DNA of 64,000 nt from an uncultured bacterium. Its GTDB lineage: Bacteria > Babelota > Babeliae > Babelales > Babelaceae. Under the pieces are notes generated by a model. That model searched no databases. It saw only the letters and a list, made by a program, of their open reading frames with translations, and had not been told where the DNA came from. The stretch covers positions 224,001-288,000 of the forward strand of contig CAVRKK010000001.1 of NCBI GenBank assembly GCA_963722385.1, read 5' to 3'. A program made the position numbers and the translations under genes. Shown in pieces: positions 8,702 through 19,880 of the stretch (the first letter of the stretch is position 1; the number at the start of each line of letters is the position of its first letter).

Positions 8702-10591
8702 ATGGCAGGTAAAATAATCGGCATAGACCTAGGAACCACCAACTCGGTAGTTGCCATCATGGAAGGCGGAACGCCAAAAGTTATCACCAACCAAGAAGGC
8801 CAAAATACAACGCCATCAGTCGTTGCATTCACCAAAGACGGCAAGCGCCTCGTGGGTGTGCTTGCAAAGCGCCAAGCAGTAACAAATCCAGAAAATACTA
8901 TTTATTCAATAAAACGATTCATGGGCAAAACCTATGATGAGATAAAGAATGAGACGCAGCTCGTACCGTATAAAGTTGTTCGCCGTAGTAATGGCGACTG
9001 CGCGGTCCTCATCCAAGGATCTGAATATACTCCCCAAGAAATTTCCGCTGCGATCCTAACAAAGCTTAAACAAGCAGCAGAAAGCTACCTCGGTCAAACC
9101 GTCACCGAAGCCGTCATCACCGTCCCAGCCTATTTCAATGATGCCCAACGTCAAGCTACCAAAGACGCTGGCAAGATCGCCGGTCTAGAAGTACGCCGCA
9201 TCATCAATGAGCCAACAGCTGCAGCGCTAGCCTACGGGATTGATAAAAAGAAAAATGGCATCATCGCGGTATTTGACTTCGGAGGCGGAACTTTCGACAT
9301 CTCGATATTAGAAATTCACGATGGTGTCATCGAAGTAAAAGCAACAAGCGGTGATACGCACCTCGGCGGCGATGACATAGATGAACGCATTGTTAAGTAT
9401 ATAATAGACGAGTTTAAAAAAGAGCATGGCATCGATCTCCGCAATGACAAAATGGCTCTCCAACGGCTCAAAGAAACAGCTGAAAAAGCAAAAATAGAGC
9501 TCTCAACACTCCATGAAACAGAAATTAATTTACCTTATATAACTGCTGACGCATCAGGCCCTAAACACCTCGTCATGAAGCTTACAAGAGCAAAACTAGA
9601 GTCACTCTGCAGCGATATATTCGAGCGCCTTCTAAAACCAACACAACAAGCAATGAAAGATGCACAATTATCAAAAAATCAAATTGATGAAGTTATATTG
9701 GTAGGTGGCTCAACCAGAATGCCTAAAGTACAGGAACTCGTTAAAGATTTTTTTGGCAAGGAACCTAACAAATCAGTCAATCCTGATGAAGTAGTAGCGC
9801 TCGGCGCAGCCGTCCAAGGTGCCGTATTAACAGGCGAAGTGCGCGAAGTCCTCCTCTTAGACGTTACACCGTTATCACTCGGCATCGAAACTCTGGGCAG
9901 CATAACAGCGCGCCTCATAGAACGCAATACGACTATTCCAACGCGGAAGTCTCAAATTTTTACGACAGCAGAAGATAACCAAACAGCTGTTGATATAAAA
10001 ATTGTCCAAGGAGAACGCGAGTTAGCACGAGACAATAAGCTGCTCGGTCAATTCAGGCTCGAGGGAATACCGCCCGCACCACGCAGCGTTCCTCAAATAG
10101 AAGTCACTTTCGATATCGACGCGAATGGCATACTCCATGTGTCCGCACGCGACAAAGCAACTAATAAAGAACAACGCATAACCATCACCTCAATCAGCGG
10201 ATTGAGCAAAGAAGAAGTTGAAACGCTTGTCAGAGAAGCAAAAGAGCATGAAGCGGAAGATAAAAATATAAGAGAAACCGTCGAAAAGCGAAACCGACTC
10301 GATGGGCTCATTTTTGAAATAGAAAAAGCAATCAACACTAATAAAGAAAAACTAGCTGCAACCGACCTCGAAACATCTCAAGCAGCACTCGATAAAGCAA
10401 AAACAGCTCTTAAAGAGCACGAAAATAACCCAGAAGAGCTCCAAAAAGCAACCGACGAACTTACGCAAACCTGGCACAAAATTGCCGCACAACTCTATCA
10501 AGCAGAAAACCAGCAACCATCTGGCAATAATAACGACGATACCTCCAATAAACCAGGAGGCCAAGGTCCTATCGACGCAGATTTTTCTTAA
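8702..10591 (+). CDS. dnaK: Chaperone DnaK (Hsp70)
   Basis: [38 protein letters not shown]. Confidence 0.99.
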   Translation: MAGKIIGIDLGTTNSVVAIMEGGTPKVITNQEGQNTTPSVVAFTKDGKRLVGVLAKRQAVTNPENTIYSIKRFMGKTYDEIKNETQLVPYKVVRRSNGDCAVLIQGSEYTPQEISAAILTKLKQAAESYLGQTVTEAVITVPAYFNDAQRQATKDAGKIAGLEVRRIINEPTAAALAYGIDKKKNGIIAVFDFGGGTFDISILEIHDGVIEVKATSGDTHLGGDDIDERIVKYIIDEFKKEHGIDLRNDKMALQRLKETAEKAKIELSTLHETEINLPYITADASGPKHLVMKLTRAKLESLCSDIFERLLKPTQQAMKDAQLSKNQIDEVILVGGSTRMPKVQELVKDFFGKEPNKSVNPDEVVALGAAVQGAVLTGEVREVLLLDVTPLSLGIETLGSITARLIERNTTIPTRKSQIFTTAEDNQTAVDIKIVQGERELARDNKLLGQFRLEGIPPAPRSVPQIEVTFDIDANGILHVSARDKATNKEQRITITSISGLSKEEVETLVREAKEHEAEDKNIRETVEKRNRLDGLIFEIEKAINTNKEKLAATDLETSQAALDKAKTALKEHENNPEELQKATDELTQTWHKIAAQLYQAENQQPSGNNNDDTSNKPGGQGPIDADFS

Positions 10592-10601
10592 GTATCAGCA
10601 G

Positions 10602-10632
10602 GCAGGCAGTTGGACATGTTCCAACTGCCTGC
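10602..10632 (+). terminator. Hairpin after dnaK, probable terminator
   Basis: 13-bp perfect stem GCAGGCAGTTGGA/TCCAACTGCCTGC; no U-tract. Confidence 0.55.
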
Positions 10633-10814
10633 ACCTCCCAGAGCCTCTTCTCGCCTGCCCACCAGTGATAAAGCTTACTCTTGTATTGCTCAATAAGTCC
10701 CAAAACCGATCCATTTTTATATTTAAAAATAAAGGCCTTGCTTTTGCCATTTTATTTATATTAGTATTGATGATGTGATGAAAATAAGACATTGATCATC
10801 AAAGGAGCAATAAA

Positions 10815-11504
10815 ATGCTTAATAAAATCCGTTACCTTATACTTGACATCTTTTTTACCATCGTTGTCCTATCGGCAGGTCCACTTTTCGCCCAAGATCA
10901 GGTAGACATAAAGCAAGTATTAGCCGATAAATACGAAGAAAGAGCAGGCTATATGATCGACAGCAGCGAGCAACAAAGCATTCATAACAAGGGCTGGTCG
11001 CCTACGTACGGCGAAATTACTCCTGAAGGTGCTTCGATACTTATCAAAGAGCTCAAATTAACCAACAAAGACCGTTTTTACGATCTTGGCTGTGGCGTTG
11101 GCAAGCTTGTATTTCAGATTTTTTTGGAGGGCGGCGTACAAAAAAGCGTAGGCATCGAGCTCTCTCCGTCACGATTACAGTATGCCAAAAAAGTGCACGC
11201 CGATATCAAACATACCATACCTGCCGACAATCGAATATTAGCGTTTATCGAACAAAACATGCTCGAAGCTGATTTGAGCGATGCCACGGCACTCTACGTA
11301 GCCTCTACCTGTTTTTCAAACGACGTTATGACCAAACTAGCTCAAAAATTATCATCATTGCCTGCAGGAACACGCTTAGTAACGTTAACCGAGCTACCTA
11401 ACCTTTACAACTTCCGCTTGGACAAAAAGGTTACCATTCCCATGACATGGTCGCCAAATACCACAGCGTATTTTTACGTCCTTGATCCAAAAAAGCGCAG
11501 CTGA
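10815..11504 (+). CDS. DOT1-like class I SAM-dependent methyltransferase with signal peptide
   Basis: TYGEI, FYDLGCGVGK, GIELS, YVASTCF motifs; hydrophobic N-terminus ending LFA-Q; AGGAG SD. Confidence 0.8.
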   Translation: MLNKIRYLILDIFFTIVVLSAGPLFAQDQVDIKQVLADKYEERAGYMIDSSEQQSIHNKGWSPTYGEITPEGASILIKELKLTNKDRFYDLGCGVGKLVFQIFLEGGVQKSVGIELSPSRLQYAKKVHADIKHTIPADNRILAFIEQNMLEADLSDATALYVASTCFSNDVMTKLAQKLSSLPAGTRLVTLTELPNLYNFRLDKKVTIPMTWSPNTTAYFYVLDPKKRS

Positions 11505-11736
11505 TAAACCATAATGCTTCCTATCTTCCGTTAGGAAGATTGCGTTTGCCTAATCATGCGCCCCGCATGGTTATGGCATTGAACGAACGAGTTACAAAGA
11601 TGAGCACTTAGAGCAGGAGGTCCCAAATCAACGGGTGCAGGGCCGCCGCCATGCCGCCCACCGCGTAGGTGTGCTCGCCGCACAGGCGCCCCACGCCGCT
11701 TGATATAGTCGCACCCAGCTACGATATCCATCAAGC

Positions 11737-14700
11737 TCAGCCAACCCACTCCTGAGCAGGTGCGATGATATTCTGCTCCTCAGTCTTCATAGCATCAATA
11801 AGACTGCTATACTGATCAACAATGCACTGGCTCGTTACGCCCTCAGCACAGACAGAAGCAAGGTAGGTATGGATAAAGCACGCTGAAATTGCCTGAAAAA
11901 TATAATCAGCCCACTCCTTGGTTGTTGAAAGCGCACCAGCTAGGGCCGCTTTTGCCCCAGCCAAATGGCCAACCTGCTCAGGCGTGATAGCGCCACCAAA
12001 GAGAAAGTCCCTAAGAATACTCCGCACCTTCTCAGCAGACAATGACCCCGTAATGAAAACCGTCGCTAAATCCTGAGCCTTCTTGGTTGCCGGATCAATC
12101 GGTAAACGCTTGGCAAGATAAGCTTGAACAACCGAATCCTGTTGAACTTTTGCTTGAGCATTTTGAGCACCTGTCGACAATGCGCCCATAGCACTCGCGC
12201 TCGGGTTCACAAGAACAACCCCGCCACGCTGCGCTTGCTCAGCTATAGTTGTATCAACCGACGTTAAATAAACAAGCGCATCCAAAATAGACTCTCTTAA
12301 TTTCTTACACTCATCTTTTTCATCTTCCCTAAAGCCAAAAACAATCGAGCAATCCGCCATCAGCTGATCGAATGACGAAACGCTGCCACCAGAGGATAAA
12401 ATAAGCGGTGTTGACCAACGCGACTTATACCAGCCTACAAAATACTCAATAGCACCGTAAAACAAAGCCTCCAATCCCTCAAGCCCCATCCTCGTAGCCT
12501 TCTGCTCATAGAGAGCAGCCTGCTCAGCATCAACCTGCTGATAATCAGAGCCTAACGACTGGTACAGACCCTGCGCAGTATTAAAATAAGATAATGAAGC
12601 AATATAGTGTTGTTTGCTGTAGTAAGCACGCGCAACATTCTCAAACATTTGCCCTCTCTTTGTTCGCACCGCAAGCCCGCTGACGTGCGCCTGCTGATAG
12701 GCACCTTCGGCAAAGACATACAACTTGGAAGCAAGAGTAAGATAGTTCTGGTATTGCACTGCCCTAGGATCTCCCATTAAAAACGAAGCTACAAAATCAG
12801 CATGCTGCTCATAACAAAAACCAAGTAATCCTTGTGCTTCAGGCAAACCTAGCCCCGTTAGAGCACTCGGCGAAGCAGCAGTAGCCACATACGTAGCAGC
12901 CAAAGCAAAATAATCTTGTACCCACGAAACAGCGCTCACCAGTTGCTTTGCCTGTGCATGGTCAAGATTGTCAATGTCAGGTACATGCTGAAAAAATGCA
13001 CGTTGTGCTACCAGCTGAGCCCGCTCTTGCTCATCAACGGTAATAAGCTTGAGCAGATCTTTAGAAACTACCCCACCACGCATATATGCTATTTTCTCAA
13101 AAAAAGCATACACTTGCGACAAATAAGCCTGCTGTATATTACGCTGCAAAGCATTTACCCGCTCCTGGGCGTACTTCTGCTGGCTCGAAGAAGCCGTCTT
13201 AAAGCTCTGGTACTGATTAAGCGCAAAAGCATAAGCCAGAACCGCCGTAGGATCTACCTGCTCACTTTTTTGCCCCATAGGCACAGGGAAAACGGGAATA
13301 TTACAGTAAACAAGCGCTGGCAACCGTCCCGCTGGCGCTAAAAAAGTCAGCGTTGTTTTAATCGCAAGACCATCTAATTTAGTCCCATGCGCCATCAGGT
13401 CGGCCAAATGCGTACGATAGCTCTGCGCAGCTTGGACATAAGGCACAAAGGCTGGATCGGCAACAGCTTCAGATCCTACGACGCTCGCCACATAGTCGTG
13501 GGTAAAGCTCCCTACAAGCCCCGCTGCCATGAGATGCTGATATAAGTATGCTGCAGCAGCTACGATACGTAAATCCTCCTCGAGCGACACTCTTAAGCTC
13601 GCGTCATTCTTGTTTTTACTATAAGCCGCATAGTCGCTAAAAAGAGCTGCTGGCGTCAAAGCGGGCTTTTGCGGCAATTGAACGAGCCATGGTGATAAGA
13701 AATATTGGCCGTACACGGGAAGGCCTCCGAGAAAAGAGCTAAACCTGGTGGTATTAGGCAGCCCAACCTTAGCGGCATCAGCTACCATATCAGCCAAGGC
13801 AAGCGCACCCTCTATCTGACTTAAAAGCGCCATCTCGTGACCAAGCTGCACATTGCCAATATTGTTATAAGCTGTACCGGCTTGCGCATAGGCGCCAGCC
13901 GCAATGCCACGATAGCCCGTAGACAAGGTACATTCAGCTGCTTGCAGCGGAACCTGCGCTGCTCCAACAAGAGCAGTAGCCCGCTCCACCGCCCAATCAC
14001 CTTGCTTTTGAGAAAGCTGGGCTAATTGCAGCATAAGCGACCCAAGTGGCAAAGCACGTATGTTAGAAAAAAGTGGCGAACTATATATAACATTCCCACT
14101 GCCCTGAGCTTTAACAAACAATGCCTTTAAATCAGGAACAGCCTGCATAAGCGCATCTTTTTGATCACTCAACGCTAATGAAACGCGAGCGACCAATGAA
14201 TCAGCTCGCTCTTGCCATAACTGCAAAGAACGTACGGCTTGCAAGACCTCAGCATAGCCCTGCTTGGGGTCGAGGTGCAATGCAGCAGCCTGACCCGCCA
14301 AAATTCTGGCCTGCTCAACAAATTTTTCCAGCCAATGTTGCATTTTTAATAAGAGCTCCGAAACATGCGGTACCGATACGCCGCCAACTGCATCTAGGAG
14401 ATAAAGACGATACTGCGCAACAACACGTAACCATGCATCAGCCTCGGGGCCCATAGCATATGACTGGACATAACCAAGCAGACAATCCCGATAAAGAGTA
14501 GGCCCATCTTTAAATAATACCGATTGCCCCCCTGCATGCCAAATCGTGTAGACAGCAAGTGTCGCACTCAGCGCGGATTCCCAAAGGGCAACCAATGATG
14601 CATTGACGTCAGACTTATTGCTTTTTGCTTGCTCATCAGCACTTTGAGCAGCAGCCAAGGCCTGACGAGCAGACTGCACAATCGCCGTAACGCGCCGTAA

Positions 14701-16647
14701 TGAGCGCATGATATCTTGACGCACATCAGCAGATAAATACTGCTGATAAGAAAAGGCCGCGAGGTAATAATCAGCAAGCAATACCTGGTGCGCATCTCCC
14801 GTACCAGCAGCCACAACAACCGAAGCAGCAAGCACCCGGTACCGATGGGCAAGAAAGCCACCAATAAACGTAGCAAACGAACTCGACGGCAAAAATGTAT
14901 AAAATGGTACAAAAACATGCACTCTTTTTGCACCAGCTATTCGAATCAAACTTTGATACGATGAGTCTGACGTAGCCAATAACGACAGAGCCGAGGCAGC
15001 GAGCTTCTGCACCTGAGCAACCACAAGAGCATTACGCTCCCCGCCCAAAAGCTTCATCGCCTGTGCTAAAAGTGAGCCAGCCGAACCGCAATTATCAAAG
15101 ATAGTTTTGCCTGTCATCAGCGTAAGCTGATTACCGATGTACTGCGTCTGCATACTGGTCAATAATGGCCCATTAGAGTACAGCGTACTTCCCGTCTGGG
15201 AAGCAATTTGGTACTGAACATTGGCCCGATCATACAAAGCCCCTGCCGCCCGGCAGGCATCTGCCAGCGAACCAAAAACATCCTGAAAGGTATCTTTGTT
15301 TTTGAGATCAGTCGTTTGGATAAAAGAGGCAGCTTGAGCAAAACGCTTCTGATAAGCCCCGACGAAATTTTTAAGCTTGGTACCAGCCTGAGCAAAATAT
15401 GAATCAGCCAGAAGTAAAGCACTTGCCTGCTGTATATGCTGAGCCAGCCAGGATGCACCACCTGCTTGTAACGGCGCGATAGCCTGCCCGAGAGCAGCAA
15501 CCTGAGCATCAAGGCCGCCACTGGCCAACGCAGCATCAAGAAGCTTAATCGCCTCGTCCAGACTCCGGTAAAATCCCTGAAAGCGAGCTTGAAGCGCCTC
15601 AAAGTCCCCACCAGTCATTCCCTTATAGGCATCAGCAGCCAGCTTAACATACGTGCACGCTTTTTCCAGAAAAAGCCGGTTATGCGACCGTGATCCTACC
15701 ATATCAGCAAGAGCAATAAGCAAATCTTCGGGCCTCATAGCAGCGAGCTGGTTCTGATAGGCATTATACGCTATCTGCGCCATTGACAGATGAAAGGACT
15801 GCAACGCTTGCTGAGCATTGGCAAAGCCAGAAATTACAAGATCTTCGCGCCAAGCACTCTGCGCCTGCTGAAAATAGAGCTGTGCCTGCGCCACAACCGA
15901 TGCTGACGCGGCGGATTGCGGACGCTCAGCTAGGTCGCTCAGTGCCAAAGTATAGGTTGCCACCAAGAGGCCCTTCGTTGATGAGCCATAGGGCTGATAC
16001 AGCGCATCCCAATTTTTTGCCACGTAAGGTTTTGCCCGTAGCACCGCAGTATCGTAGCGCTTTGCTTGCACCGATAGCTGATTCGCTAGACCCGTATAAT
16101 CTTTGCCAACAGATTTGAAATAAATTATGGTATTTTTTAACGCTTGAAGATTATGCAAAAACAAGGACATCGTACGCTTAATTACCGAAATGACATAATT
16201 GTTGCTTACCGTGCCATCAATGACAAAATGAGGAACTGAGCCATTCATCGTGATAGCAGGATCGGTATAAGCCTTGGCAAAAGCACTAATGGCGCTTTGA
16301 TAAGCACTAATAGCAGCTTGATCAATTGGTCGATACGTGATCTTAACCCCGCCAATTTGCGCAAACCCTTCACCCGTTAAGCGTATGGCTGAGTTATATG
16401 CTTTCTCCGCTTGCTGAAAATAACGACTCCGCCATAAAAAGATAATCGGTGAAACAACAGGCTTCACCTTAGACTTACCGCCAATGGTTGCACCACCAGC
16501 CCCATGTTGAATAGGTGCCTGTCCACCAATACCAGCAGGTTGCCGTGAGGCAATGCTGCCTCCCGGCGCTCCAATACTCGGGCCGATCATGGCGTGCACA
16601 TCGCCATAAATAACCAAACAAATAAGTGAAAAGTAGATATAACGCAT
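11737..16647 (-). CDS. Giant (1636 aa) exported Ala-rich alpha-helical protein
   Basis: Long uninterrupted ORF, AGGAG SD, signal peptide ending VHA-M, recurring TPR/SNAP-like A..Y..A...Y helices. Confidence 0.85.
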   Translation of the reverse strand: MRYIYFSLICLVIYGDVHAMIGPSIGAPGGSIASRQPAGIGGQAPIQHGAGGATIGGKSKVKPVVSPIIFLWRSRYFQQAEKAYNSAIRLTGEGFAQIGGVKITYRPIDQAAISAYQSAISAFAKAYTDPAITMNGSVPHFVIDGTVSNNYVISVIKRTMSLFLHNLQALKNTIIYFKSVGKDYTGLANQLSVQAKRYDTAVLRAKPYVAKNWDALYQPYGSSTKGLLVATYTLALSDLAERPQSAASASVVAQAQLYFQQAQSAWREDLVISGFANAQQALQSFHLSMAQIAYNAYQNQLAAMRPEDLLIALADMVGSRSHNRLFLEKACTYVKLAADAYKGMTGGDFEALQARFQGFYRSLDEAIKLLDAALASGGLDAQVAALGQAIAPLQAGGASWLAQHIQQASALLLADSYFAQAGTKLKNFVGAYQKRFAQAASFIQTTDLKNKDTFQDVFGSLADACRAAGALYDRANVQYQIASQTGSTLYSNGPLLTSMQTQYIGNQLTLMTGKTIFDNCGSAGSLLAQAMKLLGGERNALVVAQVQKLAASALSLLATSDSSYQSLIRIAGAKRVHVFVPFYTFLPSSSFATFIGGFLAHRYRVLAASVVVAAGTGDAHQVLLADYYLAAFSYQQYLSADVRQDIMRSLRRVTAIVQSARQALAAAQSADEQAKSNKSDVNASLVALWESALSATLAVYTIWHAGGQSVLFKDGPTLYRDCLLGYVQSYAMGPEADAWLRVVAQYRLYLLDAVGGVSVPHVSELLLKMQHWLEKFVEQARILAGQAAALHLDPKQGYAEVLQAVRSLQLWQERADSLVARVSLALSDQKDALMQAVPDLKALFVKAQGSGNVIYSSPLFSNIRALPLGSLMLQLAQLSQKQGDWAVERATALVGAAQVPLQAAECTLSTGYRGIAAGAYAQAGTAYNNIGNVQLGHEMALLSQIEGALALADMVADAAKVGLPNTTRFSSFLGGLPVYGQYFLSPWLVQLPQKPALTPAALFSDYAAYSKNKNDASLRVSLEEDLRIVAAAAYLYQHLMAAGLVGSFTHDYVASVVGSEAVADPAFVPYVQAAQSYRTHLADLMAHGTKLDGLAIKTTLTFLAPAGRLPALVYCNIPVFPVPMGQKSEQVDPTAVLAYAFALNQYQSFKTASSSQQKYAQERVNALQRNIQQAYLSQVYAFFEKIAYMRGGVVSKDLLKLITVDEQERAQLVAQRAFFQHVPDIDNLDHAQAKQLVSAVSWVQDYFALAATYVATAASPSALTGLGLPEAQGLLGFCYEQHADFVASFLMGDPRAVQYQNYLTLASKLYVFAEGAYQQAHVSGLAVRTKRGQMFENVARAYYSKQHYIASLSYFNTAQGLYQSLGSDYQQVDAEQAALYEQKATRMGLEGLEALFYGAIEYFVGWYKSRWSTPLILSSGGSVSSFDQLMADCSIVFGFREDEKDECKKLRESILDALVYLTSVDTTIAEQAQRGGVVLVNPSASAMGALSTGAQNAQAKVQQDSVVQAYLAKRLPIDPATKKAQDLATVFITGSLSAEKVRSILRDFLFGGAITPEQVGHLAGAKAALAGALSTTKEWADYIFQAISACFIHTYLASVCAEGVTSQCIVDQYSSLIDAMKTEEQNIIAPAQEWVG

Positions 16648-16717
16648 AAGCTAGCTCCTACGACGCACGTAACAAGCTCTAGCCTAGCATGATCAGATAA
16701 CTTCTAAGAATAGTTTT

Positions 16718-16752
16718 AAAAAAAGCGGCGATCTCTTTGATAGAGATCGCCG
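16718..16752 (-). terminator. Rho-independent terminator
   Basis: 11-bp stem CGGCGATCTCT/AGAGATCGCCG followed by a T-run on the minus strand, just after the 16770 stop. Confidence 0.8.
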
Positions 16753-16769
16753 TGCTTCTGAGAAAATAC

Positions 16770-17942
16770 TTACAGAATTCTAAAATTTGAGACTAATTTT
16801 ATAGCGTTTTCGAGGACTAGCCTTGCAGCACCATCAGAATGGCGTCGTAGCATAGCGTCATGCAAAAGCTGCCTAATTTTGAGACGCCCCTCACCAGCAG
16901 TGTAGCCTATCTGCTCACGCGTCTGTTGCCATGGAACATGCGGAAGCGAACTAAATACGGTCATCAGATCAAGATTAAGCGAATTGCGGTGATCATAGTC
17001 AATCAAGTACTCTGCTATTTCAACATTACCTCCAGCAGCGGCCTCATGCAAAGCCTTTTCCAAGGCCGATTTAACGCCTTTTCTCGAAGCATCCAACTTT
17101 TCAAGCAGAACTTTGAAATAATCTATCTTGCCCAACTGAGCAGAAAGAATAACGAGCTGTTGTAAAAATCCTTGAGTACATTCCATCATACCCATAAGTT
17201 CAGCAAGCAAATCGGCTTGAACAACTTCATTATCATTAAGAAGCTCTAAAACACCACCTGCTAGCTGTTCTTCGCTCGTCGGTTCTTTATCTTCAGCAAG
17301 AAGTCTTTTAGCAATACGTATGGTATTGGGGCTATTTGACAATAATAGCTCTAAGTGCAACCCGGCATCGGACACCGTCAAAACTTCAGGATGAGCTAAT
17401 TCTCTTATGACCTGGTCAAGCACCTGATAAAATTGAGGCTCACTTGGATCTAATGCAATCAACGTGAAGAAAGCGCTTGCGTCTGCAATACTTAACATAT
17501 TGCGCTCAGAAAGACGTATGCCCGGTCCTCTATGAACCAATCTCTTAAACATCTCTTTATGGCCCCAACGAGCAACCAGAATAACTAATCTCTGCCAAAA
17601 TCCCTCCGACAACTTCACTTTGCTCAACATCGTCTCGAGCAAATCAACCTGACCATTCTCAACAGCGCCAATAATCGCGAGGGATAGCTCCCGTTTACGC
17701 GAATACCCTGTGTCTGCTTCTTCGGCAGCCCGCATTAACGCCCGTTCCAAGCGAGGATCCCGGAGTGTTAGTTCAAAGGCACCGCCCGCATCGGCTATCG
17801 TAAGCACGTCCTCACTTCGAGTTTCAACGCTACGAGTTTCAACGCCTTGGCTTCTCTCTTCCTGAGGCGCCTCCATAGCCATCATGCCAGCGCCACCAAG
17901 CGCTATCAAGGAAAGGCTAACTGCTTGCAATAATTTTGACAT
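16770..17942 (-). CDS. Exported ankyrin-repeat-like protein
   Basis: Signal peptide ending MMA-ME; ALHEAAAGGNVEIAEYLID and AIIGAVENGQVDLL ankyrin-like motifs. Confidence 0.8.
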   Translation of the reverse strand: MSKLLQAVSLSLIALGGAGMMAMEAPQEERSQGVETRSVETRSEDVLTIADAGGAFELTLRDPRLERALMRAAEEADTGYSRKRELSLAIIGAVENGQVDLLETMLSKVKLSEGFWQRLVILVARWGHKEMFKRLVHRGPGIRLSERNMLSIADASAFFTLIALDPSEPQFYQVLDQVIRELAHPEVLTVSDAGLHLELLLSNSPNTIRIAKRLLAEDKEPTSEEQLAGGVLELLNDNEVVQADLLAELMGMMECTQGFLQQLVILSAQLGKIDYFKVLLEKLDASRKGVKSALEKALHEAAAGGNVEIAEYLIDYDHRNSLNLDLMTVFSSLPHVPWQQTREQIGYTAGEGRLKIRQLLHDAMLRRHSDGAARLVLENAIKLVSNFRIL

Positions 17943-18054
17943 ACACGATCCCTTCTTAAAGTAAACTTTATTAATTTAGTCTAAAATCCAGTCTAACAAA
18001 TATTACAAATAGCGCAATAATAATTTATTGCCGTAAATACTATTTTCAAGAATC

Positions 18055-18672
18055 TCAGACTACAACAATTTCCGCAAACTCCTTTTTATGAAGCTTACCT
18101 GTGCTAACCTCTTTATAAACAATCTTCTCTTTGGGGCTTTCCGCCAATTTTTCTAAGAGCTCACGTTGCCTTCGCTCTTCATCCAAGCGGTCAGCCTCAA
18201 TTCTCCTCATCTCAAGAAAGCGCGACTCTTCACGATAGTCAGCATCAGTTTTTATTATTTTCAGCACCGACATAAGCCCGTCGCGCATCGATTCGAGTCG
18301 GCGATACAGTGGTATATTAACCAACAAACGCCCTCCCAAACCTCCTAGATGCCCATTAACAGAATCAATGTCATCCTCAATAAATCGCGCCACCGCATGA
18401 AGCGGTGTAGCTTCGCGTGAAAAACTGTTTGATCGAAACATCCAATCAAACCAACCCTTCTTTTCAGCATAACTTGTCGTTCCTAAGTCTCGCGCCAGCG
18501 CTATGATCTTTTCATCGTCAGGCGTATCAAGAAGCTCCTCGTAACGAAGGGAGACTTGCTGGTAACAATGCTGTGCATTTTCTAAAATTTGATCATCAGA
18601 TTGGTAAAGGCAACCGGGCAGAGCAAGTATGCCAAGACATAGTAAAGCCAAACGAAATAAATAACAAATCAC
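18055..18672 (-). CDS. Putative lipoprotein of unknown function
   Basis: GTG start at 18672 behind GGAG; lipobox-like ILALPG-C; C-terminal coiled coil. Confidence 0.65.
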   Translation of the reverse strand: MICYLFRLALLCLGILALPGCLYQSDDQILENAQHCYQQVSLRYEELLDTPDDEKIIALARDLGTTSYAEKKGWFDWMFRSNSFSREATPLHAVARFIEDDIDSVNGHLGGLGGRLLVNIPLYRRLESMRDGLMSVLKIIKTDADYREESRFLEMRRIEADRLDEERRQRELLEKLAESPKEKIVYKEVSTGKLHKKEFAEIVVV

Positions 18673-18766
18673 AAAAACTCCATCATGCACAATTAAAATA
18701 AAAAACAATCTAATTATAAAGAAACGGAAAATATTTGCAAGAACATGGTAAACCGATATCACCGAT

Positions 18767-19798
18767 TTAAGATAAACCGCTTTCTGAAACAATGATCTGC
18801 ATAACGAACAAAAATAAAACAGCAAAGAGAACCGCCGAGTTTATATTTTTTTCTATCTCAGACTTGATACGCTCCGCATAATGCCTAGCGAGTTGCCTCG
18901 TATCAGCGGTCAGATTGCTGATTGTTTTTTTGCATAGGGTAAGTAAAAGAGAATAAGAACCATAATGCCAAGCAATGCTATATGCCTTCTCAAAAGCCAC
19001 AAGGTGACTTAGATTATCACCAGGAACGTGCTCATGGAGTGAAATAAATGCTTCAGTATTGCTGCGTAACGCACTTACCCATAAAGCGCTCGATATTGTT
19101 ATGGGCGACAAATACTTGCCAGCTTGCTCAAAAATGAGCTCGATTATTGAGACACGATTATAAGCAGCTGCTATAACCAAAAAGTCATCAAGCGTAATTG
19201 CCGGCCGAGGAAACTCGTGCTCTTTCACGCGCTCTTCGGCATGGAGCAAACCATGCAAAAAATTATACATCAACTCATCATAATCCGTTCCCTCAATAAT
19301 CGCATAGATAAGCGAATTTTCACCAAAAATAGCCTTAATTTTTCTTCTTAGCGTCACATCAAGAGGAACACCAACCCTGAGCAATGCGCGAACTGCCAGG
19401 CCATTTGAGTCATCAAGTGCTCTGGCCATAAGCAAAGGGCCCCAAAACACGATATCAATTTCTTTTTGATATACCAACCATTCGAAAGATTTATGGTCCC
19501 ACCATCTAGAATCTTTAAAATAGACGCCCAGAAACTGCGCCGATAAACGCACATCCCTATCGTACAGCACTTCAAGCGCATCTCTATTATCTACCAGACA
19601 TGCAATATCAAGAAGCGTCAAGCCCGTATGATTTCTAAACTTATAACGCCGATCCAAATCGATAGAACTCTTCTTTAACTGCTCAGTAGCTGCTGGCAAA
19701 CGAGAAGTAATAAGTTCCAACAACATGCCGCCAGGATTCTTCATAGCCAAAGCATGTTCGCAAATTAATAGCAGCAATACAAATAAAGCAATACGCAT
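18767..19798 (-). CDS. Exported ankyrin-repeat-like protein
   Basis: Signal peptide ending ALA-MK; GLTLLDIACLVDNRDALEVL and IAAAYNRVSIIELI ankyrin-like motifs. Confidence 0.75.
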   Translation of the reverse strand: MRIALFVLLLLICEHALAMKNPGGMLLELITSRLPAATEQLKKSSIDLDRRYKFRNHTGLTLLDIACLVDNRDALEVLYDRDVRLSAQFLGVYFKDSRWWDHKSFEWLVYQKEIDIVFWGPLLMARALDDSNGLAVRALLRVGVPLDVTLRRKIKAIFGENSLIYAIIEGTDYDELMYNFLHGLLHAEERVKEHEFPRPAITLDDFLVIAAAYNRVSIIELIFEQAGKYLSPITISSALWVSALRSNTEAFISLHEHVPGDNLSHLVAFEKAYSIAWHYGSYSLLLTLCKKTISNLTADTRQLARHYAERIKSEIEKNINSAVLFAVLFLFVMQIIVSESGLS

Positions 19799-19880
19799 AA
19801 AAAACCTGCTCCAAATATATAATATTAGATTATCAGATTATCCGCAACGTCTTCAAAAAGCAATCAAACAGCCTAAAGCA

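Noticed and set aside
18673..18825. Longer start for the 18055 ORF
   Set aside because: Overlaps the upstream gene; the GTG at 18672 has an SD and gives a lipoprotein signal
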